Assembly: GCA_016218545.1 (NCBI GenBank)
Contig: JACRDQ010000040.1
Coordinates: 18,436 to 82,435, forward strand
Length of the DNA: 64,000 bases
DNA from: Elusimicrobiota bacterium
GTDB lineage: Bacteria; Elusimicrobiota; Elusimicrobia; UBA1565; UBA9628
Direction of reading: 5' to 3'
The notes under the pieces: generated by a model
Seen by the model: the letters and a program-made list of their open reading frames with translations, nothing else
Told to the model about the DNA's origin: nothing
Database searches by the model: none
Part shown: positions 40,038 through 48,513 of the stretch, in pieces
Layout: each line of letters begins with the position of its first letter
Position numbering within the stretch: the stretch's first letter is position 1
Translations under genes and position numbers: made by a program

Positions 40038-41581
40038 AGGTCGTGCTCATCCAGCCGCCCGGCTTGCAGGTCCAAGACAGCTACTCGAGCATCACCCAGC
40101 CTCCCCTGGGCATCGCGTATCTCTCCGCCTATGCCAAGCGCCTGGGCCATTCGGTCGTGATCCTGGACTGCGTGGGCGCCGCGCTCTCGCGGGTCGAGCC
40201 CTGGCCCGGGAGGGAAGGGTTCATGGCTCAGGGGCTGAGCCTCGACGAAGCGGCTTGCCGCGTGCCCAAGGACGCGGGGGTCGTCGGGTTCTCGTGCATG
40301 TTCACGCACGCCTGGCCCATGACGCGGGAGCTCATGCGCAAGGTCCGGCGGGCCGTTCCAGGAGCGTTCTTCGTGGCCGGGGGCGAGCACGCCACGGCCA
40401 TGCCGGAGCAGGTCCTGCGGGACGGAGGCATGGACCTGGTGGTGCTCGGGGAAGGGGAGATCACTTTCGGCGAGGTCCTCGAGAAACTCTCCCTGGGCAT
40501 CCGCGACTGGAGGACCCAGGCCGGGGTCGCCTGCATGGACGCGGCCGGAAGCCTCGTGCGCGGGGCCAGGCAGCCCCGCATCGCCGAGCTCGACAGCCTC
40601 CCCTATCCCGACTGGGAGAGCATGGACCTCAAGGCGTACATGGACAGCCACATCTTCATGGGCCCCTCGGGCTCGGAGAGCCGCTCCATCCCCATGCTCG
40701 CGACCCGGGGCTGCCCCTACAACTGCACCTTCTGCGCCTCGGCGAACATGTGGACGCGGGTCTACCGGACCCGCGAGCCTTCCAAGGTGGTCGATGAGAT
40801 GCTCCACTGGAAGGAGCGCTTCAAGGCCGATGATTTCCAGTTCCAGGACCTGACCGCCATCGTGAAGAAGGATTGGATCACGGCCTTCTGCCGGGAGGTC
40901 GTAGCGAGGCTGCCCGGCATCACCTGGCAGATCCCGGTGGGGACCAGGGCCGAGGCCATCGACCGGGAGGTGACGGACCTGCTCGTGGCTTCCGGGTGCG
41001 GGGCCGTGACCTACGCGCCCGAATCCGGGAGCGAGCGCATCCTCAAGGCCGTGGAAAAAAGGGTGCACCTCGACCGGGTGGAGGCCTCGGCCAGGGCCGC
41101 GCTCGACTCGGGCATGCAGGTCTGCCTCTTCATGATCGTGGGCTTTCCCCAGGAGGAGGAGGAGGACCTGGAGGCGACCTTCCGTTTCATACGGAGGATG
41201 GCCAGGATGGGGGTCCATGAGATCGCGGTCTCCACCTTCGTCCCCTTCCCCGGGACCGCGCTCTTCGCCGAGGTCGACCGGGCCTCTCCCATCGCGGTGG
41301 ACGACGACTACTGCTACTGGGTGGCCGGAGCCACGCGGCTGGTGGCGATCAAGTCCTTCAACCCGCGCCTGAGCGACGAGCGCCTGCGGCGCCTGAAGCT
41401 CTCGGCCATGGCGCAGTTCTACGCCATCTCCTACGCGGCCCATCCGACGAGGTTCGCGGGAATGCTCAAGGCCCTGGTCACGGGCGAGCAGAAGACCAAG
41501 ACGGACCGGGCCTTGGCCGAACTCAAGGCCAAGCTCGGCCGGAAGGTCCGGAGGCTTTTCCATGCGGAGAATCTTCTATAA
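40034..41581 (+). CDS. Class B (cobalamin-binding domain) radical SAM enzyme
   Basis: The GTG overlaps the previous stop. The N-terminal B12-binding-like domain (VVLIQPP...GIAYLSAY...VVGFSC) is followed by TRGCPYNCTFC, a CxxxCxxC motif. Confidence 0.85.
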   Translation: MKVVLIQPPGLQVQDSYSSITQPPLGIAYLSAYAKRLGHSVVILDCVGAALSRVEPWPGREGFMAQGLSLDEAACRVPKDAGVVGFSCMFTHAWPMTRELMRKVRRAVPGAFFVAGGEHATAMPEQVLRDGGMDLVVLGEGEITFGEVLEKLSLGIRDWRTQAGVACMDAAGSLVRGARQPRIAELDSLPYPDWESMDLKAYMDSHIFMGPSGSESRSIPMLATRGCPYNCTFCASANMWTRVYRTREPSKVVDEMLHWKERFKADDFQFQDLTAIVKKDWITAFCREVVARLPGITWQIPVGTRAEAIDREVTDLLVASGCGAVTYAPESGSERILKAVEKRVHLDRVEASARAALDSGMQVCLFMIVGFPQEEEEDLEATFRFIRRMARMGVHEIAVSTFVPFPGTALFAEVDRASPIAVDDDYCYWVAGATRLVAIKSFNPRLSDERLRRLKLSAMAQFYAISYAAHPTRFAGMLKALVTGEQKTKTDRALAELKAKLGRKVRRLFHAENLL

Positions 41582-41948
41582 TCTCTCGACGGCGGCGCTC
41601 TTGCTGACGGGGTGCGGCTGCATGTCCCAGTTGGTCGAGACCCATCCCCCGCGCAAAGGCACGGTGCCGGGCGTGGACTGGGTCGATTTCGGAAGGGGGG
41701 AGTTCAAGTACGCCCTGGACTCCTGGGGCTGGGTCACCCGCCTGCGCAGACGGGCCGCCGTGAGGCGGGTCCGGCGATTCTGCGGCAAGCAGGGCTACCG
41801 GGTCGTCAGGGAATACGAGAAGGATGAGATGGCCGTGCCCTACGCCGGCAGCGACGTCGGGGCGGACCTGGCCTCGGGCTCGGCGCACTACAGGGTCCAC
41901 CCCTTCCAGCACGTCGTTTTTGAATGTTCGGCGCCGCCAAAGGATTGA
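41562..41948 (+). CDS. Lipoprotein, unknown function
   Basis: Lipobox LLLTGC. 128 aa. It overlaps the rSAM 3' end by 20 nt. Confidence 0.5.
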   Translation: MRRIFYNLSTAALLLTGCGCMSQLVETHPPRKGTVPGVDWVDFGRGEFKYALDSWGWVTRLRRRAAVRRVRRFCGKQGYRVVREYEKDEMAVPYAGSDVGADLASGSAHYRVHPFQHVVFECSAPPKD

Positions 41949-41951
41949 AAA

Positions 41952-42737
41952 ATGGAACTCAAGCTTGACCGTCCCATCGTGTTCTTCGACCTCGAGACCA
42001 CCGGTATCTCCTTCTCGGAGGACCGCATCGTCGACGTGGCCCTGCTCAAGCGCCACCCGGACGGTCACGAGGAGATCTTCGAGTCCCTGGTGAACCCAGG
42101 CATCTCTATCCCGTCCGAGGCCACGGCCATCCATCACATCACCAACGAGATGGTGCGGGACGCCCCGACCTTCCGGGTCCTGGCTCCCAAGCTCCTGGAG
42201 CTCTTCGACGGCAGCGACGTCGGGGGCTTCGGGGTCTCGCGCTTCGACCTGCCCATGATCGCGGGCGAGTTCAAGCGCAACGGCTTCCTCTGGTCCACGG
42301 AGGGCAGGCGCGTGATCGACGCCATGAAGATCTTTCACCGGATGGAGCCGCGCACGCTGGGCGCGGCGCTCAAGTTCTATTGCAGCAAGAGCCTCGAGGG
42401 CGCGCACCGGGCCTCGGCGGACGCCAAGGCCTCGGCCGAGGTGTTCTGGGCCCAGTTGGACCGCTACCCCGCTCTCCCCAAGGACCTCCCGGGGCTGCAC
42501 GAGTTCTGCACGAGCATGGACCTCAAGTTCGTGGACCCCGAAGGCAAGTTCGTCTGGAGCAAGGACAACAAGGCCTGCTTCAACTTCGGCAAGTACAAGC
42601 TCGTGCCCATCGAGACCGTGGCCAAGCGCGACCCGTCCTACCTGATGTGGCTGGCAGGGGAGAAGCGCTCCTCCACGGAGGTCATCGACATCTGCACTAA
42701 CGCCCTGCGCGGCCGCTACCCCGACAAGAAGGGATGA
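41952..42737 (+). CDS. DEDDh 3'-5' exonuclease (DnaQ/PolIII epsilon-like)
   Basis: Exo I VFFDLETTG, Exo II-like GFGVSRFDLPM and Exo III HRASADA. Confidence 0.8.
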   Translation: MELKLDRPIVFFDLETTGISFSEDRIVDVALLKRHPDGHEEIFESLVNPGISIPSEATAIHHITNEMVRDAPTFRVLAPKLLELFDGSDVGGFGVSRFDLPMIAGEFKRNGFLWSTEGRRVIDAMKIFHRMEPRTLGAALKFYCSKSLEGAHRASADAKASAEVFWAQLDRYPALPKDLPGLHEFCTSMDLKFVDPEGKFVWSKDNKACFNFGKYKLVPIETVAKRDPSYLMWLAGEKRSSTEVIDICTNALRGRYPDKKG

Positions 42738-43483
42738 AGCGCTCCGTCCCGTCCCATCGCGCCGCCCCCGCCGGGGAGGGAGAACGGCGTCCCTCCGGGG
42801 ACGGCGCGTCCTCTCGCGCCGTCGTCCTGCTGTCGGGGGGGTTGGATTCGACCACCGCGCTCTGCTGGGCCCGCGCCAAGGGTTGGGGAGTCGCCGCCCT
42901 TGCCGTGTCCTACGGCCAGAGGCACGTCCGGGAGCTCGCCAGCGCCCGCGCCGTGGCCCGGCGGCTGGGCGTCCCGCTCCACATCGTCTCTCTGGAGCTT
43001 CCGTGGCTGAAGGTCTCTTCTCTGGTCGGCAGGTCCAGGGAGCTGCCGAACGTGCCGCTTTCCTCCATCGGGAAGGGGCCCATCCCCTCGACCTATGTGC
43101 CCGGCCGCAACGCGGTGTTCCTCTCCCTGGCGGCGTCCCTGGCTGATGCCATCGGAGCCGGCGCCATCGTCATCGGCGCCAACAGCATGGATTTCTCGGG
43201 TTATCCGGATTGCAGGCCCGAGTTCATCAGATCCTTCGAGAGGACTGCCAGGCTCGGCACCAGGCTCGGGGCGGAGGGCGGCAAGATGAGGGTCTTGTCC
43301 CCTCTTCAGAGGCTCGACAAGGCCGGCATCGTGAAGCTGGCCTTGGGGCTCAAGGCGCCTTTGGGCCTGACCTGGTCCTGCTACGCCGGCAAGGCCAAGC
43401 CGTGCGGCCTGTGCGACTCGTGCAAGCTGCGTGCCAGGGGATTCGCCGAGGCGGGAGTCGAGGACCCTTATGTCCAGACCTGA
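42734..43483 (+). CDS. queC: 7-cyano-7-deazaguanine (preQ0) synthase
   Basis: VVLLSGGLDSTT, SYGQRH, YVPGRN, the Zn motif C....CGLCDSC and LSPL.RLDKA. The ATG overlaps the previous stop. Confidence 0.9.
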   Translation: MKRSVPSHRAAPAGEGERRPSGDGASSRAVVLLSGGLDSTTALCWARAKGWGVAALAVSYGQRHVRELASARAVARRLGVPLHIVSLELPWLKVSSLVGRSRELPNVPLSSIGKGPIPSTYVPGRNAVFLSLAASLADAIGAGAIVIGANSMDFSGYPDCRPEFIRSFERTARLGTRLGAEGGKMRVLSPLQRLDKAGIVKLALGLKAPLGLTWSCYAGKAKPCGLCDSCKLRARGFAEAGVEDPYVQT

Positions 43484-44174
43484 CCCCGGCTTGAGGATCG
43501 TGGAGGTCTTCTCGTCTTTGCAGGGCGAGGGCCTGTGCCTGGGCCAGCGCCAGATCTTCGTGCGCCTGGCGGGCTGCGCCCTTGCCTGCGACTATTGCGA
43601 CCAGCCCGAGGCCCAGGCCCGGTCGGCAGGGGAGCGCTGGGGCTTCAAGAGGCTCCAGGACGAGATCAAGAAGCTCCAGGCCGAGCAGCGTCACGCCGCG
43701 GTCTCCTGGACCGGAGGAGAGCCCCTGCTCCAGCTGCCGGGGCTGCTCAGGATGCTGGCTTGGACCAAGGACTTCGGCCTGGCCAATCATCTCGAGACGA
43801 ACGGCACCCTGGTCGCGGCGTTCAGGAAGGCCGCTCATCTTTGCGATACCGTCTCAGCGGATATCAAGCTCCCGTCCTCAACGGGCAAGGCCACCTGGTC
43901 CGAGCACCTGGAATTCCTGCGCGTGGCTCCTGAGAAGACCTTCGTGAAGGTCGTGCTCACCAAGGGCACGGCTGACGCCGAGTGGAGGCAGACCATCCGC
44001 CTGCTGGTCGAGGCCTCCCCTGACATGCCGCTCGTGCTCCAGCCGGCCACGGCCCGGGCCGGAATCGAGCCCATCGAGCCTGAGCGCTGTCTGCGCTTCC
44101 TGCGCCAGGCCCGCGCCTACTTGAAGGACGTGCGCCTCATCCCCCAGTGGCACCCCATCTGGGGCGTGCGCTGA
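43470..44174 (+). CDS. queE: 7-carboxy-7-deazaguanine synthase (radical SAM)
   Basis: EVFSSLQGEG...G....FVRLAGCALACDYCD and TGGEPLLQ. It overlaps the queC 3' end by 14 nt. Confidence 0.85.
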   Translation: MSRPDPGLRIVEVFSSLQGEGLCLGQRQIFVRLAGCALACDYCDQPEAQARSAGERWGFKRLQDEIKKLQAEQRHAAVSWTGGEPLLQLPGLLRMLAWTKDFGLANHLETNGTLVAAFRKAAHLCDTVSADIKLPSSTGKATWSEHLEFLRVAPEKTFVKVVLTKGTADAEWRQTIRLLVEASPDMPLVLQPATARAGIEPIEPERCLRFLRQARAYLKDVRLIPQWHPIWGVR

Positions 44175-44213
44175 GCGATGACAGGCGACCGGGACGCAGG
44201 GAGGGGGTCCATT

Positions 44214-46217
44214 ATGGAGGATGTCGAGCAGCTCTGCGTCGACGCCATCCGTTTCATGGCGGTCGACGCCGTGGAGAAGGCCAAGTCGGGCCACCCAGGC
44301 ATGCCGCTGGGCGCGGCTCCCATGGCGTTCGTGCTTTGGGACCGCTTCCTGCGCCACGACCCGGCCGATCCGGGCTGGCCGGACCGGGACCGTTTCGTCC
44401 TCTCCGCCGGGCACGCCAGCGCCATGCTCTACGCGCTCCTGAATCTCCACGGCTACGACCTGCCCCTCTCGGAGCTCCAGCGCTTCCGGCAGTGGGGCTC
44501 GAAAACCCCGGGCCACCCGGAGCATGGAGACACCCCGGGCGTGGAGGCGACCACCGGGCCCCTGGGCCAGGGCTTCGCCATGGCGGTCGGCATGGCGCTT
44601 GCGGAGCGTTCTCTCGCGGCCGGCTTCAACCGCCCGGGCTTCCAGGTGGTGGGGCACCGCACCTTCGTCCTGTGCTCCGACGGCGATATGATGGAGGGCG
44701 TATGCTCCGAGGCGGCCTCGTTGGCGGGGCGGCTGGGGCTGGCCGGGCTGGTGTGCCTCTACGACAGCAACCGCGTCTCGCTGGAGGGACCCACGGACCT
44801 CTCGTTCAACGAGGACGTGGCTCGGCGCTTCGAGGCTTACCGCTGGCGGGTCGAGAGGGTCGCGGACGGCAACGATCTGGAGGCCGTGGCCGCGGCCCTG
44901 GCCTCGGCGAACCGGGAGGCCGGCCGGCCCACCTTGATCGTGGTGAGCACGCACATCGGCTTCGGCAGCCCCAAGCAGGATTCGTTCGAGTCGCACGGAG
45001 AACCCCTGGGTCCCGAGGGCGTGAAGTCGGCCAAGACGAAGCTCGGCTGGCCCCTCGAGCCTGCGTTCCACGTCCCGGAGGAGGCTCGCCGTCGCTTCGC
45101 CGACGCGGCCCGTAGGGGCGCGGACATCTCCCGCCGGTGGAGGGCGCTCTTCAAGGAGTACGCGGCCCGGCACCCCGACCTGGCGGCGCGATTCGAGCGG
45201 GCCATGAAGGCGGAACTCCCCGAGGGCTGGGCTGCGGGCGTTCCGTCATTCTCCGCCGAGCAGGGGCCCCTGGCCACGCGCGACGCCTCGGGCAAGGTCT
45301 TGAACGCGCTCGCCTGCGTCGTGCCCGAGCTCATGGGAGGCTCGGCGGACCTGTCCCCGTCGACCAAGACCCGCCTGGCCGGGGCCGGCGACGTCACGGA
45401 GGCCGCGACCGAGGGCCGCAACATCCATTTTGGCGTGCGCGAGCACGCCATGGCCGCGGCGGTCAACGGCATGGCCCTGCACGGCGGCGTCCGGCCCTTC
45501 GGGGCCACGTTCCTCGTCTTCTCGGACTACATGCGTCCCGCCATCCGCCTTTCCGCGCTCATGCGGTGCCGGTCCCTCTTCGTGTTCACTCACGACAGCG
45601 TAGGCCTTGGCGAGGACGGTCCCACGCACCAGCCCGTGGAGCACTTGATGAGCCTGCGCGCGGTGCCGGGCCTGACCGTGCTCAGGCCGGCGGACGCCAA
45701 CGAGACCGCGGCGGCCTGGCGCGTGGCCCTGCTGCGCCGGGGGCCGGTCGCGCTGGTCTTGACCCGGCAGAAGCTCCCGGTCCTCGACCCGGCCCGCTAT
45801 CCCATCGCAGACGGGGTCCCGGCCGGCGCCTACGTGCTCGCCGAGCCTGAAGGCGGCAAGCCGGACGTGGCGCTCCTGGCCTCCGGCTCGGAGGTCTCGC
45901 TGGTCTTGGCGGCGGCCGGGGTCTTGGCCGGCCGGGGCGTGGCCGCCCGGGTGGTGTCCATGCCCTCCTGGGAGCTGTTCCGCGAGCAGAGCGCGGCGTA
46001 TCGTGAGCAAGTCCTTTCCCCGGGGATCCCGCGCCTTGCCGTGGAGGCGGGCGTGAGCCTGGGCTGGAGCGAGTTCGTGGGCGACACGGGGCGGGTCATC
46101 GGACTGGACCGCTTCGGCGCGTCCGCCCCGGGCGAGGCGGCGCTGGAGCGCCTGGGCTTCGGCGTGGAGAACGTGGCGTCTGCCGCGCTCGGGCTGGTCC
46201 GGCCCGGCAGGCCATGA
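44214..46217 (+). CDS. tkt: Transketolase
   Basis: The ATG at 44214 is preferred over 44178 because GGGAGGGGG lies about 8 nt upstream. [51 protein letters not shown]-like [10 protein letters not shown] and [12 protein letters not shown]. Confidence 0.9.
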   Translation: MEDVEQLCVDAIRFMAVDAVEKAKSGHPGMPLGAAPMAFVLWDRFLRHDPADPGWPDRDRFVLSAGHASAMLYALLNLHGYDLPLSELQRFRQWGSKTPGHPEHGDTPGVEATTGPLGQGFAMAVGMALAERSLAAGFNRPGFQVVGHRTFVLCSDGDMMEGVCSEAASLAGRLGLAGLVCLYDSNRVSLEGPTDLSFNEDVARRFEAYRWRVERVADGNDLEAVAAALASANREAGRPTLIVVSTHIGFGSPKQDSFESHGEPLGPEGVKSAKTKLGWPLEPAFHVPEEARRRFADAARRGADISRRWRALFKEYAARHPDLAARFERAMKAELPEGWAAGVPSFSAEQGPLATRDASGKVLNALACVVPELMGGSADLSPSTKTRLAGAGDVTEAATEGRNIHFGVREHAMAAAVNGMALHGGVRPFGATFLVFSDYMRPAIRLSALMRCRSLFVFTHDSVGLGEDGPTHQPVEHLMSLRAVPGLTVLRPADANETAAAWRVALLRRGPVALVLTRQKLPVLDPARYPIADGVPAGAYVLAEPEGGKPDVALLASGSEVSLVLAAAGVLAGRGVAARVVSMPSWELFREQSAAYREQVLSPGIPRLAVEAGVSLGWSEFVGDTGRVIGLDRFGASAPGEAALERLGFGVENVASAALGLVRPGRP

Positions 46218-46329
46218 GACTCCGACATGAACGTCACACGTTCTTCGGATCGCGCGGGTGATACTGGGCGTACGGCATCCGACTGCCTCCCCATGCCTGG
46301 AGCGGGGACACGTTCGCCAAGAGCCGCGG

Positions 46330-47289
46330 TCAGCGTCGGGCCGCGGTGTAGCCGGCAGGGAGGAGGCCCGCGGCTTCCAGCTCCGCTGAGAGGGCCAGCA
46401 GGTCCTGCCGCTGCTCCTGGGTCAGGAGGGGGGAGGCCAGGAGCTTGTCGACCTGGGGCTTGGCATCCGCGGGCATGCCGGGCAGATCAGCCAGGGTGAC
46501 GCGCAGCTTCTCGGCGCCGGCCGGGCCCGGGACCTCGCCCAGGGAGATCATCCAGCCTTCCTTGACGCGCCGGACCGAATGGTTGCGGAAGGAGGCTCCG
46601 GAGGCCGAGGCTTCGCCGTCCTCCCACTTGTAGAGCCAGCCCAGGTAGTGGTTGTTCCGCTTGATCTCCACCTCGCGCGGCAGTTCCTTGATGACGGCAT
46701 CGAGGAGGAAGAGGTCGTCGGGTCGGATCTTCTTCCCCTGCCGGAACTCCTCGGAGAAGTTGGGGGACTTCACCTCGCGGGTGAGCACGGACTCGATCTC
46801 TTCCCAGTCCGTCTCGATGGCCTGCAGTCCCTTGCCCAGGTCGTTCCAGTCCTTCACGGTCAGGCCGCCGCCTGCCATGGCCATGCCCAGGGAGAAGACG
46901 AGCGGGTCGAACCCGGTGGCGCGCGAGAGCATGCCGAGGACCGCCCCCTGCACTGCCATGGCTGAGGAGAGCCCGTCTCCTGGTCCGGGGTCAGGCGCGG
47001 CTTCGACGGGAGACGGGCCCGGAGAGGCCGCAAGCTCCTGGAAGGCTGGGGATCCGGCTGTGAGAAGGCCTGGGCCGAGCGTGACGCCCGGCAGCGCCGG
47101 AGCCTCGACCCGCGGAGCCGGCAGGATGGAGCCGATGCCGGGGACTCCGTTGAGGGAGCCGGGAGTCTGGAGAACGGCAGGACCGGCCATGGGCTGGACC
47201 GGGACCACGGCCCGCGGCAGGACGCGGACCTGGGCCCAGCCAGGGCTGAGCCCGGCTAGGGCCAGAGTGAGGACAGCGGTGAGCTGCAT
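46330..47289 (-). CDS. Secreted protein, unknown function
   Basis: Trimmed to the ATG at 47289 (MQLTAVLTLALAGLSPGWAQ signal peptide). A Pro/Gly-rich N-terminal half precedes a charged C-terminal domain. Confidence 0.5.
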   Translation of the reverse strand: MQLTAVLTLALAGLSPGWAQVRVLPRAVVPVQPMAGPAVLQTPGSLNGVPGIGSILPAPRVEAPALPGVTLGPGLLTAGSPAFQELAASPGPSPVEAAPDPGPGDGLSSAMAVQGAVLGMLSRATGFDPLVFSLGMAMAGGGLTVKDWNDLGKGLQAIETDWEEIESVLTREVKSPNFSEEFRQGKKIRPDDLFLLDAVIKELPREVEIKRNNHYLGWLYKWEDGEASASGASFRNHSVRRVKEGWMISLGEVPGPAGAEKLRVTLADLPGMPADAKPQVDKLLASPLLTQEQRQDLLALSAELEAAGLLPAGYTAARR

Positions 47290-47394
47290 CGGCCATATCT
47301 TATCACCGCGGGCGGCGGGAGGGCATGGGACGGACGGCCCAAACCTTTCCTGGCAATGGGCCCATGCCTTTGGGCAAATTGATATCTTGTTCCC

Positions 47395-48513
47395 GTGAGA
47401 GCCGCGCTGTCCGCGTTCCTCGTGCTCCTCGGCGTCGGCATGGGCTTGCGCGTCTCTGCCGGCCTCACGACGGACACGCTCGCCAAGCTCCGCGATTCTG
47501 GCCGGGCCGATTATCTCGCGTTCAGCCGGAGCCTCAAGGAGACCGGGGTGCTGGGCTGGTCCGGCCATGCCTCTGCGTTCCGCGGTCCCGTGTATCCGCT
47601 CTTCCTCGCGTCAGTGGAGAGCTTCGACGCCGGCCGCAGGCCGGCCAGCCCCTTGATTGAGGCCGGGCTTTGCTCCCTTGAGATGCCGCTCGCAGGCTGG
47701 CTCGCATGGGGACTGGCCGGGCCCTGGGCAGGGGTGGCGGCCGCTGCTTTGACCAGCCTCCACCCGGCCTTGAGCCGGCCGCTCCCAGCAGCCAGGGTCG
47801 AACCTTTGTACGGGTTCCTGCTCCTGCTCTCCGCTGCCGGCGCGGCAGCCTGGGCCAGGAAGCCCACCATGCCGCGGGCCGCTGCAGCGGGCTTGTGCAT
47901 CGGGCTCGGCCTGCTCTGCAGGTCCGTCCTGGTCCTGTTCCCGCTCATCCTCGCCGCTGTCCTGGCGCTGGGCGTGACGCGGCCCTTCGACTGGAAGAGG
48001 TCGGTCTGGGTCCTGATCGGAGCGGCCTACCTCTCCTTGCTCCCTTGGACCGTGCGCAATTGGAGCCAGTTCGGGAGGTTCATCCCGCTGGAGGACCACG
48101 CCGCTGACCGCAACCTCATCGCGGCAGTGGACGGCGTCATCGAGAACCTGGAAGGCCCGTCTCCGGACGGCGGGCCTGAGATCCCGTTCGACGAGTTGGG
48201 AACGAGGCGGCAGGAGGCCCTGGCCAGGATCGTCAGGGACCCGCTCCCCTATCTTGCCTCGACCCTGGAGAGGCTCGGGGTGATGGCGAGCTGGCACGGA
48301 CCCTTGCTCCTCCTTGCGGGGCTGGGCTTCCTGCGCCGAAGGGACGACCCGGTCGTGGTGGTGCTGGCTCTCATGGCAGGGACCTTCGTCCTGATGCACG
48401 CGCCTCTGTCCCTGGAAAAGCGCTACCTCGAGCCCATCTTGCCCGTGCTGGCCGTGCTGGCAGGCTGCGGGGTCCTGGATTGGCTCAAGTCCGCGGGCCC
48501 GCGGTCTTCCTAG
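47395..48513 (+). CDS. Short GT-C fold (family 39-like) membrane glycosyltransferase candidate
   Basis: GTG start. RADYLAF......G......FRGPVYPLFLA resembles the first loop / second helix pattern of the PMT_2/ArnT family, followed by multiple helices. Confidence 0.55.
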   Translation: MRAALSAFLVLLGVGMGLRVSAGLTTDTLAKLRDSGRADYLAFSRSLKETGVLGWSGHASAFRGPVYPLFLASVESFDAGRRPASPLIEAGLCSLEMPLAGWLAWGLAGPWAGVAAAALTSLHPALSRPLPAARVEPLYGFLLLLSAAGAAAWARKPTMPRAAAAGLCIGLGLLCRSVLVLFPLILAAVLALGVTRPFDWKRSVWVLIGAAYLSLLPWTVRNWSQFGRFIPLEDHAADRNLIAAVDGVIENLEGPSPDGGPEIPFDELGTRRQEALARIVRDPLPYLASTLERLGVMASWHGPLLLLAGLGFLRRRDDPVVVVLALMAGTFVLMHAPLSLEKRYLEPILPVLAVLAGCGVLDWLKSAGPRSS

